Positions 34,991 through 48,552 of a stretch of DNA of 64,000 nt are shown one piece after another. Within the stretch, counting starts at the first letter, position 1; every line of letters starts with the position of its first letter. The translations under genes and the position numbers were made by a program. Origin of the DNA: Squalus acanthias. Its lineage: Eukaryota. The DNA lies in contig CM059432.1 in assembly GCA_030390025.1 (NCBI GenBank), forward strand, positions 153,638,001 to 153,702,000. The letters are read 5' to 3'. The notes beneath the pieces were generated by a model. The model was not told the DNA's origin, ran no database searches, and worked only from the letters and a program-made list of their open reading frames with translations.

Positions 34991-37449
34991 TCGCCTCACC
35001 ATTGACAGCCTCTGCGATCTGGTCCTGTACTGGGACCAGAAATTCTACCCTGTAAGAGTCATGGAGATAGAAATTGGGAAATAGTAAAAGAAATAAACAC
35101 ATAAATAGTGAGAAAAAAGCAAGACAAAATAAAGTGATGAACAAAAAAGAGGGAACATTTGATAACCAAGCAGTGAGGCAAGGCCGAGCCATGAATTAAG
35201 CGAGTGAACTGCACACAAACAAGGAATTAAACTAAACAACTATTTCACTTCTGTAGCACTTCTTACTTACAGAGAGATGTCTCAAAGCACTTCACAGGTT
35301 AACCCTATAGAAGGGGAACTATTGCCTTCCTATATCACCTAGTGGTACAGGTCTGGTTAGTGGTCAGGGACAGGAGGGTGTGACTGCAACTCAGGCAGGT
35401 AAGGGAACCCCAGGTGCAGCGCTGGAGGAGCCTCAGCTTTTGCCCTTGTCCAACAGGTATGAGGTTCTTGCTGCGTATGTGGATGAGGGAAAAGCCTGCA
35501 GGATGGATGAGCAAGCTGACCATGGCACCATGGTGCAGGAGGCCATTCAAGTGGGGGGAGTGAAAGGGAATGTAGTTGTGGTAAGGGACAGTATAGTCGG
35601 GGGGATAGTTACTGTTCTCTGCAGCCGCAACCGAGAGTTCCAAAGGTTGTGTTGACTGCCCGGTGCCAGGGTTAAACACATCTCCTCGCGGCTGGAGGAG
35701 AACTTGGAGTGGGCGGATCCAGTTGTTGTGGTCCATGTAGGAACCAACAACATAGGTAGAACTAGGAATGAGGTTCTGCTGAGGGAGTTTGAGGAGTTAG
35801 GATCCAAATTAAAAAGCAGAACCTCAAAGGTAATAATTTCTGGATTGTTACCTGAGCCACGCGCAAATTGGCATAGAGACAAACAGATTAGAGGTTTAAA
35901 TGCGTGGCTCAAAGAGTGGTGTGGGAGGAAGGGGTTTCAGTTCATGGGGCACTGGCACCAGTACTGAGGAAAGAGGGAGCTGTTCCGTTGGGACGGGCTC
36001 CACTTAAACTGGGTTGGGACGAGTGTCCTGGCGAACCAAATATCTAGGGCAGTAGACAGGGCTTTAAACTAATGAAGGGGCGGGGGGGGGTGGGAGGATC
36101 AGGAAAGAGTAAATTTAAAAGCAGCGAGAGAAATGTGAAGGCTCTAGAGCAGAGTAGAGTTTTGGGTAAAAATAAACAGAGTGGGTCAGGAAGGGACAAA
36201 GAGAGTAACAAAGGTAATAAGGCAACAATGACTAAGGTGACATCAGGGAAAAATAGAAATAAGTCAAAGCTAAAGGCACTATATCTGAATGTGCGAAGCA
36301 TTCGCAACAAAATAGATGAATTAATAGCGCAGATAGAAATTAATAGGTTTGATCGAATAGCCATTACGGAGACGTGGTTGCAATGTGGTCAAGGTTGGGA
36401 ACTAAATATTCCAGGATCCTTAACTTTTAGAAGAGATAGGCAAAATGGAAAAGGAGCAGTGGTAGCCCTGATAATAAAGGATGGGATAAAGACAGTAGGG
36501 AGAAAGGATCTTAGCTCCGAAAATCAAGATGTAGAATCAGTTTGGGTGGAGCTAAGATACATTAAGGGGCAGAAAACATTGGTGGGAGTTGTTTATAGGC
36601 CCCCAAACAGTAGTTGTAATGTAGGACAGAGTATAAATCAGGTAATTAGAGGTGCATGTAACAAGGGTAATACAGTAATCATGAGGGATTTTAATCTACA
36701 TATAGACTGGGCAAACCAAATTTGCAGTAATAGTGTGGAGGACGAATTCATGGAATGTATGCAAGATAGTTTTCTAGATCAGTATGTTGAGGAATCAACA
36801 AGGGAACAGTCTATTTTAGATCTAGTATTGTGCAATGAGAAAGGGTTAATTAATAACCTTGTAGTAAAGGGGCCTTTAGGGAAGAGTGACCATAATATGA
36901 TAGAATTTTATATTCAGTTTGAAAGTGATTTCGTTAAATCCGAAACTAGGTTCTTAAATCTAAACAAAGCAAACTACATAGGTATGAGGGCGAGTTGGCT
37001 AAGGTAGATTGGGAAACTACATTAAAAGGTATGATGGTAGAAAAGCAATGGCTAGCATTTAAAGAATTAATACATAATTTACAACAAATATACATTCCTT
37101 TAAGGCACAAAAACCCCACAGGAAAAGTGGTTCAACCGTGACTAACAAGAGAAGTTAAAGATAGTATTAGATCAAAGGAAGAGGCTTATAATGTTGCCAA
37201 AAAGAGTAGTAAGCCTGAGGATTGGGAGGATTTTAGAATTCAGCAAAGGAGGAGCAAGAAATTTATAAAGAAAGGGAAAATAGAATATGAGAGTAAACTA
37301 GCGAGAGACATAAAAACAGACTGTAAAAGCTTCTATAGGTATGTAAAAAGGAAATGATTAGTGAAAGTAAATGTGGGTCCCTTACAGGCTGAGACAAGAG
37401 AAATTATAATGGGGAATAAGGAAATGGCAGAAAATTAAACAAATACTTT

Positions 37450-37797
37450 GGCCGCGAGTTTAATTGCACTGAGAGGATGGGTTTCGAGGCGGGTCAGCTG
37501 TCAAAATCGCAAAGATTGACAGCGGGTAGGAAACCTCAATGCTGTCAAACACTGACAGAACAACTGTCAAACTCCATGTGAACGTGGTCCCTTTAAGGAA
37601 ACTGGCTGATGACGCGTCATCAAATGACGTCCTCAGACCCGCTTCCTGTTAATTGGCCGGTAAGCCCGCAGGGCTGGCTTCACAAGGCCAATCAAGGTAA
37701 AATCACTTCTGCAGAGCGGAGGCAGCTGGGAGCGGGAGCGGAACCCGGAAACCAGCTGTCCCACCCCCATCCCGCCTTCTCAATTAAATTTGCGGCC
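37450..37797. mobile_element. Harbinger-type MITE, TSD TTT, in CR1 ORF2
   Basis: TIRs GGCCGCGAGTTTAATTG / CAATTAAATTTGCGGCC. The host aaatacttt|gtatctgtc is restored on removal. Confidence 0.88.
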
Positions 37798-38906
37798 TTT
37801 GTATCTGTCTTCAAAAAACTTCCCGGAAATAGTGGAGAACCAAGGGTCTAGCGAGAATGAGGAACTGAAAGAAATTAGTATTAGTAATAAAATAGTACTG
37901 GAGAAATTAATGGGACTGAAAGCCGATAATTGCCCTGGACCTGATGGCCTACATTCTAGGGTTTTGAAAGAGGTGGCTAAATAGATAGTGGATGCATTGA
38001 TTGCCATTTTCCCAAATTCCATAGATTCTAGAACGGTTCCCACAGATTGGAAGTTAGCAAATGTAACCCCACTAGTTAAGAAAGGAGGGAGAGAGAAAAC
38101 GGGAATTGCAGACCAGTTAGCCTGACATCAGTAGTGGGGAAAATGCTAGAATCTATTATTAAGGACGTGGTAACAGGGCACTTAGAAAATAGTAATAGGA
38201 TTGGGCAGAGTCAACACGGATTTATGAAAGGGAAATCGTGTTTGACAAATCTATTAGTTTTTTGAGGTTGTAACTAACAGAATAGCTAAGGGGGAACCAG
38301 TGGATGTGGTGCATTTGGATTTTCAGAAGGCATTCGATAAGGTGCCACACAAGAGGTTATTAAACAAAATTAGGGCTCATGGGATTGGGGGTAATATACT
38401 AGCATGGATTGAGGATTGGTTAACGGACAGAAAACAAAGAGTAGGAATAAACGGGTCATTTTCGGGTTGGCAGGCTGTAACTAATGGGGTACCGCAAGGA
38501 TCAGTGCTTGGGCCTCAGCTATTCACAATCTATATCATTGATTTGGATGAGGGGACCAAATGTAATATATCCAAGTTTGCTGATGATACAAAGCTGGGTG
38601 GGAATGTAAGTTGTGAGGAGGATGCAAAGAGGCTTCAAGGGGATATAGACAAGCTAAGTGAGTGGGCAAGAACATGGCAAATGGAATATAATGTGGAGAA
38701 ATGTGAAGTTATCCACTTTGATAGGAAAAATAGAAAAGCAGAATAATTTTAAATGGTGAGAGATTGGGAAATGTTGGTGTTCAGAGGGACCTGGGTGTCT
38801 TTTTACACGAATCACTGAAAGTTAACATGCAGGTACAGCAAGCAATTAGGAAAGCAAATGGTATGTTGGTCTTTATTACAAGAGGATTTGTGCCATAGAG
38901 GGAGTG

Positions 38907-39968
38907 CAACAACAACAACAACTTGTATTTATATAGCGCCTTTAACGTAGTAAAACGTCCCAAGGCGCTGCACAGGAGTATTTGAAGACAAAAAATTTGA
39001 CACCGATCCACATAAGAATAAACTAGGGCAGGTGACCAAAAGCTTGGGCAAAGAGGTAGGTTTTAAGGAGCGTCTTAAAGGAGAAAAGAGAGGTAGTGAG
39101 GCGGACAGGTTTAGGGAGGGAATTCCAGAGCTTAGGGCTTAGGCAACATAAGGCACAGCCACCAAAGGTTGAGCGATTATAATCAGGAATCCTCAAGAGG
39201 GCAGAATTAGAGGAGCGCAGATATATCGGGGGGGTTGTGGGGCTGAAGGAGTTTTCAGAGATAGGAAGGGGCAAGGCCATGGAGGGATTTGAAAACAAGG
39301 ATGAGAATTTTGAAATCGAGGCGCTGCTTAACCGGGAGCCAATGTAGGTCAGCGAGCACATGGGTGATGGGCCAATGGGACTTGGTGCGAGTTAGGACAT
39401 ATGCAGATGGTTTTGGATGACGTCAAGTTTACGTAGGGTTGAATGTGGGAGGCCAGACAGGAGTGCATTGGAATAGTCAACTCTAGAGGTAACAAAGGCA
39501 TGGATGCGGGTTTCAGCAGCAGATGGGCTGAGGCAAGGGCGGAAACGGGCGATGTTACGGAGGTGGAAGTAGGCGGTCTTTGTTATGCTGCAGATATGTG
39601 GTCGGAAGCTCATTTCAGGGTCAAATATGACACCAAGGTTGCGAACAGTGGGGTTCAGCCTCAGACAGATGTTAGGTAGAGGGATTGAGTCAGTGGCTAG
39701 GGAATGTAGTTTGTGGTGGGGACCGAAAACAATGGCTTCAGTTTTCCCAATATTTAATTGGAGAAAATTTTTGCTCATCCAGAACTGTATGTCGGACAAG
39801 CAGTCTGACAATTTAGACACCGTGGAGGGGTCGAGAGAAGAAGTAGTGAGGTAGAGCTGGGTGTCGTCAGCGTACATGTGGAAACTGACGCTGTGATTTC
39901 AGATGATGTCGCCAAGGGGCAACATGTAGATGAGAAATAGGAGGGGGCCAAGGATAGATCCTTGGATG
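38907..39968 (-). mobile_element. L2-clade LINE 3' fragment inserted in CR1
   Basis: MYADDTQLY, LQLNIGKTE, HAFVTSRVDYSN and LWNSLP; (TTG)n tail. Confidence 0.9.
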
Positions 39969-40452
39969 GCCCAGAAGGTTCACCAGACTGATTCCTGGGA
40001 TGGGGGGATTGTCCTATGAGGAGAGATTGAGTAGACTAGGCCTATATTCTCTAGAGTTTAGAAGAATGAGAGGTGCTCTCATCGAACCATACAAAATACT
40101 TACAGGGCTTGACAGGGGAGATGCAGGGAGGATGTTTCCCCTGGTTGGGGAGTCTAGATCCAGGGGTCACAGTCTCAGAATAAGGGGTGAGCCATTTACA
40201 ACTGAGATGATGAGAAATTTCTTCACTCAGAGGGTGGTGAATCTTTGGAATTCTCTACCCCAGAGGGCTGTGGAGGCTGAGCGTTGAGTATATTCAAGAC
40301 AGAGATCGATAGATTTTTGGATATTAAGGGAATCAAGGGATATGGGGATAGTGCAGAAAAGTGGAGTTGAGGTATATCAGCCATGATCTTATTGAATGGT
40401 GGAGCAGGCTCGAGGGGCCAAACGGCCTACTCCTGCTCCTATTACTTATTTT

Positions 40453-40545
40453 CTTTGATGAAGAATCTCACCTCAAACAGGAACCTGTCTTTTCTCTCTT
40501 CAGATGCTAATAGACCTACTGCGGATAACCAGAATTTTCTCTATT
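40453..40545 (+). mobile_element. Degenerate Penelope-type terminal repeat remnant
   Basis: ttgatgaag...tttctctcttcagatgct..gacct..tg resembles the common shark Penelope-derived end (recalled). The hammerhead core is decayed. Confidence 0.4.
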
Positions 40546-43500
40546 CAAATATTACGTACTCCTTAAGCTTAGCTCAAGTCAAGTAACAGTTGATCTGTTT
40601 CCATTCACTATCTGGCCTCTCAAATTCCAAGTCTTAACACCTTCCAACTAAAAGGGGAAATTAGCAGAGAGGTGAGGGGACAAACCCCTAAGGATTAATT
40701 GTTGGACAAACAAATCAAGACTGCTAGTTGAGCTGATGCTTTCAGGAGAGCTTTTGCCATTTCTCTTACTTCATGATCCAATCAGAACTACATCCTAGTT
40801 TTGAGCAGGGTTCAGAAGGATTTGTCATTGAGGATTTTTGTTTGCTTCTGTTGTATATTTGTTATTTTCTTAGTATCATTAAGCTCTATAGATACACTGT
40901 CAGAAGAGTTTATTTATATTTGAAGATCTAAGCGAGGACACCGAGGATTTAAGCAGCGGGAGAGCGAGCGAGGCCCAGACTCACCGGCAGCAGCAGCAGC
41001 CCAGGATGGAGCCCTGAGTGCGGTTTAAACAGAGTGCTGCGAGTTGGGAATCGGTTCTTACTTTACACCAAGGAAAGAGTCCGAGAGTGGGAGCAGTCAA
41101 ACAACAACAACTGCGAAACCGCTAAAGTGACGTCACAACCAGGGAAGGAGCTGATTGGTAAGTAGGACCTGGTGAGTATTTCTACAGTCCAGTTGTTGAA
41201 GTAAAAGTAAGGTCTCTAGTTTAGAGTAAGTAGTGTTTAAAGGGAAGTAAGGTCCCTAGTGTATTTAATATTCTTTAATTTAACGGAAGTCAAGGGAGTA
41301 AATTAAGGGTAGGACATGGCAGGGCAGCTCGGCTGTGTGGAGTGCTCCTTCTGTGCTATGTGGGAAGTCAGGGACACTTTCAGTGTCCAGGGCGAACACA
41401 TGTACAGGAAGTGTCTCCAGCTGCAGCTACTCGAAATCCGCGTTTCGGAGCTGGAGCTGCAGCTGGAGTCACTGTGGAGCATCCGCGAAGCTGAGATCTT
41501 CGTGGCTAGCACGTTTAACGAGGTGGTCACACCGCAGATAAAGAGTGCACAGGCAGACAGGGAATGGGTGACTGCCAGACAGAGTAAAAGAACTAGGAAG
41601 GTAGTGCAGGAGTCCCCTGGATCCATCTCCCTCTCCAACACATTTTCCGTTTTGGATACTGCTGGGGGAGATGGTTTCTCAGGGGAATGCAGCAAGAGCC
41701 AAGTCCGTGGCACTATGAGTGGCTCAGCTGCACAGGAGGGGAGGAAAAAGAGTGGGAGATCAATAGTGATGGGGATTCTATCGTAAGGGGAACAGATAGA
41801 TGTTTCTGTGGCCGCAGACGTGACTCCAGGATGGTATGTTGCCTCCCTGGTGCCAGGGTCAAGGATGTCATTGAACTGCTGCAGGGCATTCTGAAGCGAC
41901 ATGGGCAGAAAGAGGGATGAGGTCCTGCAACAAGAATTTAGGGAGCTAGGTAGCAGATTAAAAAGCAGGACCTCAAAGGTTGTAATCTCTGGATTACTCC
42001 CAGTGTCACGTGCTAGTGAGTATAGGAATAGGAGGACAGAGCAGATGAATGCGTGGCTAAAGAGTTGGTGAAGGAGGGAGGGCTTTAGCTTCCTGGATCA
42101 CTGGGTCTGCTTCTGGGGAAGGTGGGACCTGTACAAGTCAGACGGGTTGCACCTGAACCGGAACGGGATCAACATCCTTGCGGGGAGGTTTGCTAGTGCT
42201 GTTGGGGCGGTGGGGGGGGGTTTAAACTAACTTGGCAGGGGGATGGGATACAGAGTGGAGCTATAGTAGGGCGTGATGCACAGCCAAATATAGAGGAAAA
42301 AACAAGTCAGCCTGGAAGCCAGAGCAAATATGTAACGGCACAAGGGAGTATGGCAAGCCTGAATGGCATTTATTTTAATGCAAGGAGTCTTGCAAGTGAG
42401 GCAGATGAATTGAAGGTGTTGATGAACACATGGGAGTATGATATTGTTGCTATCATAGAGACATGGTTGAGGGAGGGGCAGGACTGGCAGCTCAATATTC
42501 CGGGGTATAGAATCTTCAGGCGAGACAGAGGGGGGTGTAAAAGAGGAGGGGGTGTCGCAATATTAATCAAGGAGTCAATTACTGCTGTAAGGAGGGATGA
42601 TATCTTAGCAGGTTCCTCTAATGAGGCCATATTGGTAGAACTTAAAAACAAAAAGGGGGCAAGCACTTTGCTGGGAGTGTACTATAGGCCCCCAAACAAT
42701 CAGGGGGAGATAGAGGAACAGATATGTAGGCAAATCTCAGAGAAGTGTAGAAATAATAGGGTAGTAATAGTAGGGGATTTCAACTTCCCCAATATTAACT
42801 GGGATAGTTAGCGTGTGGAAGGCTTATAGAGTGCGGAATTCTTAAAGTGCATCCAGGAGAGCTTTTTGAGCCAGCATGTAAAGTCCTACAAGAGAGGGGA
42901 CGGTACTGGACCTAATTCTCGGGAATGTAGCCGGCCAAGTGGTAGAAGTGTCAGTAGGAGAGCATTTTGGTGACAGTGACCATAATTCGGTGAGATTTAA
43001 GGTAGTCATGGAAAAGGACAAAGATGGACCGGAAATAAAGGTTCTAAATTGGGGGAAGGCCGATGTTAATATGATAAGGCAGGATCTGGCCAAAGTGGAC
43101 TGGGATCAGCTACTTGTAGGAAAATCCACATCAGAGCAGTGGGAGTCTTTCAGAAAGGAAATAGAGAGAGTACAACGCCAACATGTTCCCGTAAAGGTCA
43201 AGGATGGGACCAACAAGCCCAGGGAACCCTGGATGTCAAGGGATATACAAGAATGGATTAGGAAAAAAAGGACTAAAAACAGTGGAAGCCCTAGAGGAGT
43301 ATAGAAAGTGCAGGGGGGTACTTAAAAAAGAAATTAGGAGAGCGAAGAGGGGGCATGAAAAAATACTGGCGGGCAAAATAAAGGAAAATCCCAAGGTGTT
43401 TTATAAAGTATATTAAGGGCAAGAGGATAACCAGGGAAAGAGTAGGGCCCATTTGGGACCAAAGTGGCAATCTGTGTGTAGAGCTGGAAGATGTGGGTGA

Positions 43501-43758
43501 GGTTTTAAATGAATATTTTGCATCTGTGTTCACTATGGAGAAGGACGATGTAGGCATAGAAATCAGGCAGGGGGATTGTGATATACTTGAACAAATTAGT
43601 ATTGAGAGGGAGGAGGTACTAGCGGTTTTAGCGGGCTTAAAAGTAGATAAATCCCCAGACCCACACGAGATGTATCCCAGGCTGCTGTGTCAGGCAAGGG
43701 AGGAGATTGCAGGGGCTCTGACACAAATTTTCAGATCCTCTCTGGCCAAAGGGGAGGT

Positions 43759-43898
43759 CAAAATTGAGAGGTCGCACAACACCAGGTTATAGTCCAACAG
43801 TTTTATTTGAAATCACAAGCTTTCGGAGCTTACTACTCCTTCGTCGGGTGAAGTAAAAAGATACAGAATCGCCAAAGCATATATAGATAGAGAACAAT
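43759..43898 (-). mobile_element. Penelope-like element terminal fragment inserted in CR1 ORF2
   Basis: The host ggggaggt|gccagaggactgg is interrupted. The insert carries a hammerhead-like motif followed by AATAAA on the minus strand. Confidence 0.8.
43813..43851 (-). ncRNA. Minimal type I hammerhead ribozyme motif (probably inactive)
   Basis: Minus strand UCAC-CCGACGA-A-GGAG-uaguaag-CUCC-GAAA-GCUU-GUGA. Stem I is UCAC/GUGA, stem II is GGAG/CUCC and stem III is a palindromic AAGCUU. The core CUGANGA carries a U-to-C change. Confidence 0.65.
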
Positions 43899-46214
43899 GC
43901 CAGAGGACTGGAGGACAGCTAACGTAGTACCATTGTTCAAGAAGGGTAGTAGGGATAAACCAGGGAATTACAGGCCAGTGAGCCTAACATCAGTGGTAGG
44001 GAAATTATTGGAATAAATTCTGAGGGACAGAATTAGTCTCCACTTGGAGAAGCAAGGATTAATCAAGGATACTCAGCATGGCTTTGTCAGGGGGAGATCA
44101 TGTCTAACCAATTTGATTGAATTTTTCGAGGGGGTGACTAGGTGTGTGGATGAGGGTAGTGCAGTTGATGTAGTCTACATGGACTTCAGTAAGGCTTTTG
44201 ACAAAGTCTCGCATGGGAGACTGGTCAAGAAGGTAAGAGCCCATGGGATCCAGGGCAATTTGGCATATTGGATCCAAAATTGGCTTAGTGGCAGGAGGCA
44301 GAGGGTGATGGTCGAAGGTTGTTTTTGTGACTGGAAGCCTGTGTCCAGTGGTGTACCGCAGGGATCGGTGCTGGGTCCTTTGCTGTTTGTAGTGTACATT
44401 AATGATTTAGATATGAATGTAGGAGGTAAGATCAGTAAGTTTGCAGATGACACGAAAATTGGTGGAGTGGTAAATAGCGAGGAGGGAAGCCTCAGGCTAC
44501 AGGATGATATAGACGGGATGGTTAGATGGGCAGAACAGTGGCAAATGGAATTTAACCCTGAAAAGTGTGAGGTGATGCATTTTGGGAGGACTAACAAGGC
44601 AAGGGAATACACAATGAATGGTAGGACCCTAGGAAGGACAGAGGATCAGAGGGACCTTGGTGTGCATGAAGGCAGCAGGACAGGTAGATAAGGTGGTTAA
44701 AAAGGCATATGGGATACTTGCCTTCATTAGCCGAGGCATAGAATATAAGAGCAGGGAGGTTATGATGGAGCTGTACAAAACGCTAGTTAGGCCACAGCTG
44801 GAATACTGTGTGCAGTTCTGGTCGCCACACTATAGGAAGGATGTGATTACATTGGAGAGGGTGCAGAGGAGATTCACCAGGATGTTACCTGGGCTAGAGC
44901 ACTTCAGCTATGAAGAGAGACTGGACAGGCTGGGATTGTTTTCCTTAGAGCAGAGAAGACTGAGGGGGGACCTGATTGAGGTGTACAAAATTATGAGGGG
45001 CATAGATAGGGTAGATAGAAAGGAACTTTTCCCCTTAGTAGAGGGGTCAATAACCAGGGGGCATAGTTTCAAGGTAAGGGGCAGGAGGTTTAGAGGGGAT
45101 TTGAGGAAAAACTTTTTCACCCAGAGGGTGGTTGGAATCTGGAACTCACTGCCTGAAAGGGTGGTAGAGGCAGGAACCCTCACAACATTCAAGAAGCATT
45201 TAGATGAGCACTTGAAACGCCAGAGCATACAAGGCTACGGACCAAGTGCTGGAAAATGGGATTAGAATAAATAGGGCTTGATGGCCGGCGCGGACACGAT
45301 GGGCCGAAGGGCCTCTTTCTGTGCTGTATAACTCTATGACTCTATCATGTGCAGAACTGGTATGCCCCTCCCAATGGAACAACTCCTATATAATAAACTG
45401 ATAATTATAAAATTATGCAATAGGTAACAAGAGGGTGAATCTTCAACATGAACATACTGGTTCACTTGTACATATTGAAGTTATTCATGAAGCAAAATTT
45501 TTACCATCAGTCATATTCCTACTATACTGATTGTACAATTCCCTTCCCTTCACTGACTCACTGTGTAAGCTATGCCCCTTTGTGTATCAACAGTATAAAT
45601 GATAATTTTCAACAAAAAATTTTGAAGAAGTACTTTTGTGATTAGATGACGCAATTAAATGAACATCAACAAAGCACAACAATGAAGATGGAGCTTTTGC
45701 TATACTTTGCGCTGAGTCTCTTTAACTATCTAAAGTGGCACCACCCTTATGTGGATGTTTTTTTCACTAGTTTACACTTGACCTGACCATGTAGATTGTG
45801 TTGTAATGAGGTATCATGTCAGTCGCAGGTGATATCATTATGGTAAAAATGATACATGGTTATTCTGCCTCAGATTCCTCTTCTCCCCCTCATCTCCCCC
45901 TTAAAACTAATAATTCCCACACACTTACCCATGGAGACAGTGTCCCTTTAAATTTTTCTTATTATTAGTGAAGTACAATTGTTTCAGGATGTTTTGAACC
46001 ATTATTTTGGATCTTAAACAGCTGTAAGGAAATCATTTATTGGCTGCCCACTGAACAGCCATATTCCTCGTGTGAATTAATCCAACAATTAACAGGTGGC
46101 GTTATTGATCTGTCTGGTGGAACCTTGTGTTTGTCTTGGAAGTACTAGATTTGCCTTTAGTCTTGGTTGCAATCTTTTCGTTGTCAGTTTGTCTTTATAT
46201 CTGTCACTTTCATC

Positions 46215-46472
46215 GTGCCAATATATTGATCACTGTGCCAATATACTGATTGCTATGCCAGTACATTGATCACTGTGCCAATATATTGATCACTGTGCCA
46301 ATATGCTGACTGCTATGCCAGTACATTGATCACTGTGCCAATATACTGATTGCTATGCCAGTACATTGATCACTGTGCCAATACGTTGATCACTGTGCCA
46401 ATATACTGATTGCTATGCCAGTACATTGATCACTGTGCCAGTACATTGATCACTGTGCCAATATATCGATCA
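46215..46472. repeat. 20-bp minisatellite with three unit variants, about 13 units
   Basis: Units atatattgatcactgtgcca, atatactgattgctatgcca and gtacattgatcactgtgcca. Confidence 0.95.
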
Positions 46473-47112
46473 TGGGTTTTCCTTTTGTTTGACAATCTGC
46501 CCTCTTACTGTTGGTTGCTTTTATTGTTCACAATAAATGGGTTTTATTTTTGTATGTTGCTTTTACTGTACCAGTGATCGCAACCTTTTTTCCAGTATTA
46601 CAGAATATTCCTGAATAGAATACATGTGGTTTGTACAGTTTTATATTCAATTAGCACTGTTTTACCATACTTCAGCAAATGAATGGCTGTTTTGTTATGT
46701 TTGTTGAGATGCAGCTGGAGAAAGGCCATTTAAGTGTAGGTAATCCTCTTTTACATCTTTCTCATTTTACTATGTCCCATTTTATAACTTTATTTTTTTC
46801 AGATTGTAATTTATGTCTGGTTTCTTTTCTCAGCCCTGTAATTAAGGGATTGGAAACTTGTATTTATATCACGCCTTTAATAAAATAAATACCCCAAGGC
46901 ACTTCACAGAGGAGGAACAGACACTGAACAGTAACTGAAGAAATAAGGGAGGTCACTGAGGACAGAGTCAAAGAGGCTTCCATAGAGGCTCTGAAAATGG
47001 GGAGAGAAGTGGAAACTCCTATTGCTATGGCTATTGTTAATGTTTTGGCTGGTTTGATGGCAAAGTTTCATTTTAGTTTCCTCATAATCTGCAAATGGGA
47101 TTTCATAAAGAA

Positions 47113-47965
47113 AGAACTTGCATATATAAAGCATCTTATAATGTAACTTAGGACGTACCTGAGCACTTCACAGCCAATAAGTTACTTCTGACATGCAGTT
47201 ACCACTGTTGTTTAGCAAAATGTGGCAACAGAAATGAGATATTTAGTTAATTTATTTCGTTAATTTATTTTGATTCTATTGGTTGAGGGAGAAAGGTTGG
47301 CTTTGACACAACACGGGCAGAAACCTGCTCTTGTTCAAATAGCGCCATGGGATCCATTAAATCAGCATTGTCCAATAGAAATTTCTGACTAGGCACAGGT
47401 GTGACTACGGCGACACTGTTTTAGCTACATGCACTAATTTTAGTAGAAAATGCCTTACACACACTCACACAATACAGGTAAATGTATTCACATATTTCAC
47501 GTGTGTATACTTACTGAACAAACATCTATCACTGTTCAGTAACTAAGGAAATAAAGCACTCACACCAATCAAAAAACTCTCACACTTTGCTTTTCATCTT
47601 ACCATTTTACCAACAAACACACAAAAAAGGTTAAAGTTCACATGCCTACACCATGCGAATGTGAGTATTGAGATCGCATTCCCAACGATGGTGTCTATTA
47701 ATAATGTTTTATTTATTAATCAGAAATGCAATTAGCCACATGTGGATAGCGTATTGTATAACACTGCATTAAGTCCACCTGAACCACCAGAACAGGCAGA
47801 TGGGTCTGAGGTTCAACATCTCATCTGACAGACGGCACTTCCAGCAATGCAGTACGTCCTCAATACTGTACTAAAGTGTCAGCCGATAATCTTTGCTCAT
47901 ATTCTGGAGTCAGACAGGAACCCACAGCCTTTTGACTCAGAAGTGAGAGTGCTACCAAGTGAGAC
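47113..47965 (-). mobile_element. Old Deu-domain SINE split by a hAT element
   Basis: Tail at 47113-47355, and Deu domain plus tRNA head at 47770-47965. Confidence 0.65.
47363..47766. mobile_element. Non-autonomous hAT (Charlie-type) element, 8-bp TSD
   Basis: TIRs CAGCATTGTCCAATA / TATTGTATAACACTG; TSD CATTAAAT / CATTAAGT. Confidence 0.75.
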
Positions 47966-48175
47966 AATTCTTGACTATGAAAACACAGCTGTTGGCGTAC
48001 CTCAGGAATAATTTAGACCCTTGCTTTTCTCGTAATTATATTTAAATGCCACATTTTCTGACTCTAAACCACAGAACAAGTTGGGATTTAGTCTACGCAG
48101 TACCTTATCACAATAGCTATGTGGAATCTGGGAATTTTACATCAACTATCACCGTGAAATGCTGATACTTTTAGG

Positions 48176-48552
48176 TGTCAGCCTTGGCTCAGTGGTAGCA
48201 CTCTCGCCTCTGAGTCCGAAGGTTGTCGGTTCAAGCCCCACTCCACATCATTTAGGCTGACAGTTCAGTGCAGTACCGCCATCTTTTGGATGAGACGTTA
48301 AGCCGAGGCCCTGACTGCCTTCATGAAAGATCACATGGCACTATTTTGAAGAAGAACAGGCGAGTTCTCCCAGTGTCCTGGGCAATATTTATCCCTCAAC
48401 CAACACATAAAACCGATGATCTGGACATTTATTTCATTAATGTTTCTGGGACCTTGCAGTGTGCAAATTCGGTGCCGCATTTCCTAAATTACAACAGTGA
48501 CTACACTTCAAAAAGTACTTCATTGGCTGTAAAGCACTTTGCGACATCCTGA
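48176..48552 (+). mobile_element. tRNA-derived Deu-domain SINE
   Basis: A box TGGCTCAGTGG, B box GGTTCAAGCCC, partial Deu domain and L2-like tail. Confidence 0.8.

Larger units (their letters stand above)
35335..40445 (+). mobile_element. Near full-length CR1 LINE (ORF1 SGNH-esterase remnant, ORF2 APE-RT), with nested insertions
   Basis: LPLSNRYEVL, HVGTNN and DGLHL (ORF1); YLNVRSI, ITETW, SDHN and FADD (ORF2); 3' UTR to about 40445; stops and frameshifts. Confidence 0.92.
40930..45345 (+). mobile_element. Essentially full-length CR1 LINE (5' UTR, ORF1 Zn-finger/leucine zipper/esterase from 41316, ORF2 about 42350-45265)
   Basis: ORF1 CxxCxMWE, LLEIRVSELELQL, CCLPGA and DGLHL; ORF2 [26 protein letters not shown] and FADD; tail actctatgactctat; several frameshifts. 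Confidence 0.93.

Noticed and set aside
46215..46472. Possible CRISPR array
   Set aside because: Head-to-tail units with no unique spacers, no cas genes, and a eukaryotic context.
48176..48245. tRNA gene
   Set aside because: The A and B boxes form the head of a SINE that continues into a Deu domain and a LINE-like tail.
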